A DNA stretch of 64,000 nucleotides from Eledone cirrhosa (Eukaryota): positions 44,578,001 through 44,642,000 of the forward strand of contig OZ024749.1 of assembly GCA_964016885.1 (NCBI GenBank), written 5' to 3'. The notes under the pieces are model-generated. The model saw only the letters and a program-made list of their open reading frames with translations. It did not search any database and was not told where the DNA came from. Positions 57,072-64,000 of this stretch are shown one piece after another. Each line of letters opens with the position of its first letter. Positions within the stretch are counted from its first letter, which is position 1. A program made the translations under genes and the position numbers.

Positions 57072-58011
57072 ATGTATATATATATTCTAGTTGTTGCTGT
57101 TGGTAATATTTATGGCTTCAGTCATTAATCTAATTGATAAGATGATCAGTGGGAGAGAGACAGACTGTGTTAATGCTTGGTTTTGGCAGGCAGACTGTCA
57201 TGTTCTTATCACGCTGTTGGCGATACCTTAATATTCCAGGTAAGATACGATATTTTTGACGACTATAATATGACGATACAATGATTTGTTTGGGGTTTAG
57301 AGGAGGGCGTTGTGTAATGCCTTCAATTTCATTTGGCAGAAATGGTAGGAATCCACGTAAAATACTTTAAATATATATTTTTAATAATGCTATATTTTTC
57401 TTTCACATTTAAAATCCCTTTAAAATCTTATATACAACGTATTTCACAGTCGTTCTCGCTTCTCTTGTCCACGAATCCTGTCGAATTATTTGTGTTGTCA
57501 GACTAACAGATGTCGCATATTAATAATAATCCAGTGTGTTACATTAACAACACCGTAAGAGCGTTGGATAAATGTTTTGTTGTATTTTTACGAACATTCC
57601 TTTTCATCTTTCCTGGAGTCGATAAGAAATTATCAGTAACGTACTGGGTTCAATTTAATTTATTTTCCCCCTCTCTTCAAAAATGTTTCGCTTTGTGTTG
57701 AAGTAAGAAATCAAATAATAATTCAAGGTAAATTTATAGAAGGCCCCGTTATAGATAACATTTTAGTTATGAGACTTTTACAACACATTTATTTGTTGCT
57801 TAAATGCACATCATGTAGGCTGAAAAACTGTCACAATAACTATAGCACAAGTAATTTGACACATTTAACAATCAATATATATATGTTTTAATGAATGCAA
57901 ATGACATACATATACTATTCGAATGGATTAGACAAAACTCACGTATCCATGATTGTTAAAAGGCATGACAGACCATCTGTTGCTGTACCTGTGATGTACC
58001 TGTATTAATTT

Positions 58012-58406
58012 TCATCATCATGATCATCATCATCATGATCATCATCATCATACGGTGGCCTCAGCCGAAATCGACTCAACAATTGATCTCCTCGTGGGTC
58101 TGTCGTTCAATGCCGTTGCGAAATCCTGGAGATGAATCTCTGAAGATGACATCGGGATAGGAGAGCTTGCGCCCATATAATTAGTGACTGCTTGTGGTTT
58201 CCAAAGCACTAATGAGGACAGAGCCTCATTGGTGGCACGATGGCAGTGGCCAGCGAATCTTACTCTCCTTTTACGTACAGCGACAGATATGCGTGGAAAG
58301 CCGGCATATATTTCTTTCAAAGTCAGATGTCGCCAGCTTCTGTTCTGAATGCGTCGAAGTAGGCGAGTGTAGGGGCCATCAAGGCACTTTTGTATTAATT
58401 TTAGGC

Positions 58407-58445
<39 letters not shown>

Positions 58446-58830
58446 TGTATGTACAGAGAGAGAGAGAGAGAGAGCCGAGAGAGAGAGAGGGAGAGAGAGG
58501 GGAGAGAGAGAGAGAGAGATGGAGTGTGTATATACATATATACGTACATACGCAAGAACATACAGATATACATATACATACCCGTGTGTTTTTGTGTGTA
58601 CGAGGGTGAGGTGAAACTGTGACGACTGTTTTTAGCTCCTGGTCAGTGCTGTTGTTTGCCAAAATCAGATACTTGATATGTGTGGACATTGGCCAGAATG
58701 CGACAGGGTTGACCAGACCTTCGCTCCAGGGATGTTGTGTAGTGAGATGTTGTTTCAGTTTGACCTGGTGGACAACATCTGGAATGTTCTAAGTAGTCCC
58801 GCCAGCAAGAAAACCTGGATGCCACTCACA
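58012..58830 (-). mobile_element. RTE-type non-LTR retrotransposon 3' fragment, split by a microsatellite block
   Basis: LDGPYTRLLRRIQNRSWRHLTLKEIYAGFPRISVAVRKRRVRFAGHCHR..LVLWKP is the typical RTE post-RT region; (GAT)n tail follows the stop. The 58600-58830 part is assigned with less certainty. Confidence 0.8.
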
Positions 58831-59034
58831 GGAAACCGAAAAATTAAAATTAAAAACGAGAACAACAACCGCAACAAAACGGCAATAACAGCAGCAACAA
58901 CAACAACAACTATAACTGTAAAAGCTGCCTCAAATACAGCAATTACTATTTCCCTGGGGCTGGGGAGCTTTTGAAGACAGTTGATGGAGATAGGCCATGT
59001 GAGACTGTTTGAATGAGCCTCTATGTCAGATGAA

Positions 59035-59189
59035 CGTCGACGACGATGATGATGATGGCTGCGATGTTATTTCTTCGTTGTTGATGATGATGATGAAGAA
59101 TATGATCGAAATTATGAAGATGATGATAATGAGGATAATGATGCTGAAGCTGATGACGATGATGATGATGATGCTGATGATGAAGATAT

Positions 59190-59220
<31 letters not shown>

Positions 59221-59247
59221 AATCAACCATGGCTTTGATGATGATGG

Positions 59248-59278
<31 letters not shown>

Positions 59279-59324
59279 AACCAACCATGACTATAATGAT
59301 AATGATGATGACGACGACGACGAC

Positions 59325-59360
<36 letters not shown>

Positions 59361-59454
59361 AATGAAGATGTTGATGATAATGATGCTGATATGTACAATG
59401 ATGACAATCATGATATGTGTGATGGTATTGCTCCTAAGGATGACGATGACATTG

Positions 59455-59508
<54 letters not shown>

Positions 59509-59670
59509 TTGACAGTGATGATGTTGACAATGCCGATCATAATGATGATAATGATGAAGAAGCTGATTATACTAATGAAGGAGATGGGGTTGTTGCTCTT
59601 GCTGATTATAATTTACATGCCGATGATTATAGGGATGTAAATGAATAAGATGATGGCGATGATGATGATA
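59035..59670. repeat. Degenerate (GAT)n microsatellite
   Basis: Direct. Confidence 0.95.
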
Positions 59671-59717
59671 ATAATCGATAGAGGGGAAAATATGATACAT
59701 ATACAGTATATGATAGT

Positions 59718-59945
59718 AATTGTTTCTAATTTAGGCACAAGGCCTGCAATTTCCCAGTGTATTACTGGTACTTTATTTTATCGACCCCGTAAGGATGAAA
59801 GGCAAAGTAAACCTCGGTGGGATTTGAACTCAGACCGTAAAGTAATGGTGACATATTATGGAAGGTGTTGGTGGTGATTGTAGATGGTGGTAGTGAAGGG
59901 GGGTCATGGCATTCATGTTGTTGTTGTTGTTGTTGTTGATGTTGC

Positions 59946-60009
<64 letters not shown>

Positions 60010-60262
60010 GGTGGTGGTGGTGTCGGTGGTATACTTGTCTACTGATGATACTATGTTATTATGGTTATGGGTGGTGGATTGGCAGTATCGGGAGAGGGTC
60101 GGACGCCATGCTTTGCAGCATAGAGTTACGTCCCTTTACGGACTGAGTTCAAATCCCGCCGAGGTTAACGTTTGCCTTTCATCCTTACGGCGTCGATGAT
60201 AAAATAAAGTACCAGTAATGTACTGGGTAATTGCTGGCCTTGTGCCAAAAGTAGAAACAGTT
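59718..60262. mobile_element. Two family A SINEs (59718-59842 -, 60070-60262 +)
   Basis: The second is flanked by a 15-bp TSD GTTATTATGG(T/C)TATG. Confidence 0.9.
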
Positions 60263-60339
60263 ATTATGGCTATGTTGGCGATGATGGTGGATATGTTGAT
60301 GTCGACGCAATTATATGTTTGTTCGTCCGAATAGGAATG

Positions 60340-60450
60340 GCTGCGTCTGTTTGTTTACCTTGGACGTTTAACGATAATGCGTTGGTGACGTCATAGTTAA
60401 ACTGATCACATTTACAGCGTCGAATCGTTCTATTGAACGGAAGTGGCAGA
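60340..60450. promoter_or_regulatory. Candidate cis-regulatory cluster
   Basis: Locally CpG-rich unique DNA with TGTTTAC (60352), full CRE TGACGTCA (60386) and ETS CGGAAGT (60438). Confidence 0.3.
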
Positions 60451-60586
60451 CATTTTAAGAAATACATAAACGAACGGACTGCAAAATTAAATTGCTGCTG
60501 CAAAACTTCACCAAATACCTCTGTCTCATACTCACTGTTTATCTCTTCCTCCTTCTTATTCTGATATACACACGCACACATAAGAC

Positions 60587-60620
<34 letters not shown>

Positions 60621-61389
60621 CTAGTGCGTGCATATATATGTTTACATATATATATATCTATATATACATATATATATACGTTCGCATCTCTACAACGTGC
60701 GCCGCCCTTCCAATTCTCTATATCTATACACATATTTATACATACACACACACACACGCGTGCGCACACACACACACCAATACACACACACACACAGACA
60801 CACACTGTATATATATATGAATGTGTGTATATTTACATACGTAAAATATATACATCGATGTATATATCTCTGTGTGTTTATGAACACTTTACTACCAGGG
60901 CCAGAAACGCCCTTCTCACTACTTTATGTTAACTAAACAATATCTCGTCCACACATTGGCAAATATTTGATCAATGTTAAGTTTTAATTTGTTGTCAAAA
61001 TTAATTTCTTTTCATATGTTTGCTTAGCCTTAAATTGTGTTAGTATCTCCTCTGACCCCTCCCCCAACACTCTCCTCATTATATTTTCTCTTTCGTTCTT
61101 TCTTTCGTCATTTCCGCTTTTATATTTATCTTCTCACACACTTTTCCTTCATTCTGTTCATTCATTTATCAACCCTTTCTCAACCATCCATTCGCTCTCG
61201 TGCTTTCTCGCATTTATACTCCTCCTCGCTCGTTCTCTCACGTTCTCTCTATCTCTCTCTTTTTCTCTTCTCTCTCTTCTCTGACTTGTCCCTCGCTAGC
61301 TCTCTAGTTAATACACTTCCATCACTTACGCCATATACATTCTATATCTACACACACTTATATATCCATATACAAACACACAGACAAAC

Positions 61390-61474
<85 letters not shown>

Positions 61475-61476
<2 letters not shown>

Positions 61477-61635
61477 TAAATAGTGAGTCTTGTTACTCTG
61501 GAGTTTCACCTGTTTATAGGTAGGAAATCAGATAAGATGTTCTTGTTTGATGACCCAGGGATAAACAGGCGAAACTCTATAGTTGCATGACTCACTACTT
61601 GGCATTAATAAAATGAATTTAAACTCTGCATCGGA
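61475..61635 (+). mobile_element. TA-flanked inverted-repeat element, family P4, degenerate hammerhead
   Basis: 61481-61517 is the inverse of 61561-61597; TTGATGA..GAAACTCTATAGTT, then AATAAA. Confidence 0.55.
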
Positions 61636-61703
61636 TATATATATATATAGCATATATATATATATATATATATATAGGATATATATATATATATATATAT
61701 ATA

Positions 61704-62020
<317 letters not shown>

Positions 62021-62394
62021 ATTACTCCAAGTTATACATACACAGGAATACAACTGAAGTCATAAACTCGTCATCCACGTAAACCCCTTGTTGAGTCTTA
62101 CAACGCCGTACGCTTAAACTATTCATGATAAGAAGTTTTCACAACCTCTAATCGGATTACCTTTAACGATATCTTGTTATCCTATATATATATATATGCT
62201 TATCATCGCATTATTGTCAGGTGCCAGAAATTGAATGTAATTAAATTTTATTCATAATTTCATCTTTCTGTGAAGGACTAATGTCTAACACGTTCAGACA
62301 CTTTTCCTATTATTTCGAGTGTTAAACTAATATATATATTTCTTCATTGTACTGTATTATTTACTTCGTTACTTTTGTTAACCTTATATATATG

Positions 62395-62457
<63 letters not shown>

Positions 62458-62567
62458 TTTCTATATCTTTCTTGCTTTACATCTTTTCCTATCAAAGTTT
62501 CTGCTCTCTTCTCGCTACTAATTTTATTCATTCAATATGTTACTATTTTTCATTTTCTCTCTCTCTC

Positions 62568-62642
<75 letters not shown>

Positions 62643-64000
62643 CTCTCTCTCTCACACACACATACACAGCCACTTCCTCACTTACACTCACTCCCCCACT
62701 CACACCTCACTCACTCCCTCACTCAAACATTCTCACTTTGCCTCTATCTCTTTTTATAACTTTCCACTCTCTCCATCTATGTAAGTTTATTTTTCTCTCC
62801 CCGTCTTTTGCCAACTCCTGTATACTTTATCCAATAAGGGTTTTATTAATAGTTCCCTCTGCGTATCCCTTATGTACTCTCCTTGTTTTATTTCCCATCT
62901 GCTCAAGGGACATTTGTTTGTTATTTCATTACATTTTGCTTGTTGTTGTTGTTATTATAGTCGTTGTTATTGGTGGTGGTGGTGATATTATTATCCTTAT
63001 TGTTATCATTATTATTATTATTATTAATAATAAAGAAATCATCCTTATTATTATTGTTATTATTTCGTCTTTTACGTATTGTTGACCTTCACACGTTTAC
63101 CGTTCTAATGTACATACTGTAACAATATTTTTGTATTTTTTTTAATTACACAATTACATGCTGTTAAACAAATAAAAGAGGGTTGAGGAAGTGAGATCAC
63201 ACTTTGCTGCTTTTGTCGATGATGTTGGTACTGGTGGCGACAGACAAACAGATAGACAGGTTGACAGACAGACAGGCAGACAGACAGATAGGAAGACAAA
63301 CATAACTGACAAGCGTTTTAACGAATGTTGACTAATAACGTGGACGGGAGGTAACTTGACGGTGCTTAAGCAATTGCGATGGAACATAACTGAACTGGAA
63401 AATAATTTCTCCATTTGACACACCTCTATTACTTTTCCCCCCTGAGAGGGAACCATAGAAGGAGAAAGAGAGGGGAAGAGAGAATTTAAAAGAGGGAGAA
63501 TCAGAGTAGAGAAGAGAAGATGCTGGAATAATAGAAATAAAATGGTGTTTGCTTATTTGTGTGCCTATGGTTTGTGTTATCTTTCTAGATTATAGTTTAG
63601 ACGGCATTCAATAAATTGTCATTAAGAGTGCTGTAGGCGACAGTCCGAGAACATACACACTCTCGAGTCTTGGGGAAAGTGAAAGTAGAACTGTGAAAGC
63701 CCGTGCATAGCCTTCCGTATCGTCTCGTCTCATATTTGTATTCTCTCCGTTGTTTACTTTTCTCGGATAACTTCAGCTCGGCTAGATGCTCTTGTTTCAT
63801 CACTACACATATATATGTATAACACTGTACATGGTGTTCATGTGGATGTATGGATGTATGCATGAATATACAGTGTGAATTAATGGATGTATATACGTAT
63901 GGTTTGATATGTTTGTTTTTATGTATTTCATATGTTTGAATGCATGTGCATATGTGCACATATCTAAGCATTATTGTATGTAAATATGAACGTACACGCG

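Noticed and set aside
57091-57245. Plus-strand exon ending at CAG|GTAAGA
   Set aside because: The donor is strong, but the candidate acceptors are weak and no recognisable peptide results.

Overview
This is eukaryotic, AT-rich, microsatellite-saturated non-coding DNA (intron or intergenic). The SINE families look like those of octopod cephalopods; that assignment is from recognition, not a search. I found no intact protein-coding gene, and almost every ORF in the track is a translated microsatellite. The window contains about 28 copies of one tRNA-derived SINE (many with clear TSDs), older CORE-type SINEs, three 3' fragments of an R4/Dong-type RLE non-LTR retrotransposon sitting in (AAT)n, a 3' fragment of an RTE-type LINE, a mariner-like MITE, possible DNA-transposase fossils, several minisatellites and a possible decayed cadherin repeat. 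The most interesting signal is a set of at least five unrelated short elements inserted in or beside (TA)n arrays. Each has a partial inverted repeat and a type I hammerhead ribozyme (HHR) motif. Two copies (42300-42370, 32726-32796) have a complete catalytic core with a palindromic loop III. The most abundant family (7 copies plus 3 relatives) keeps only the 3' half of the ribozyme and folds back at ribozyme stem II. This architecture matches Penelope-like element pseudo-LTRs or retrozymes. All folds were paired by eye.
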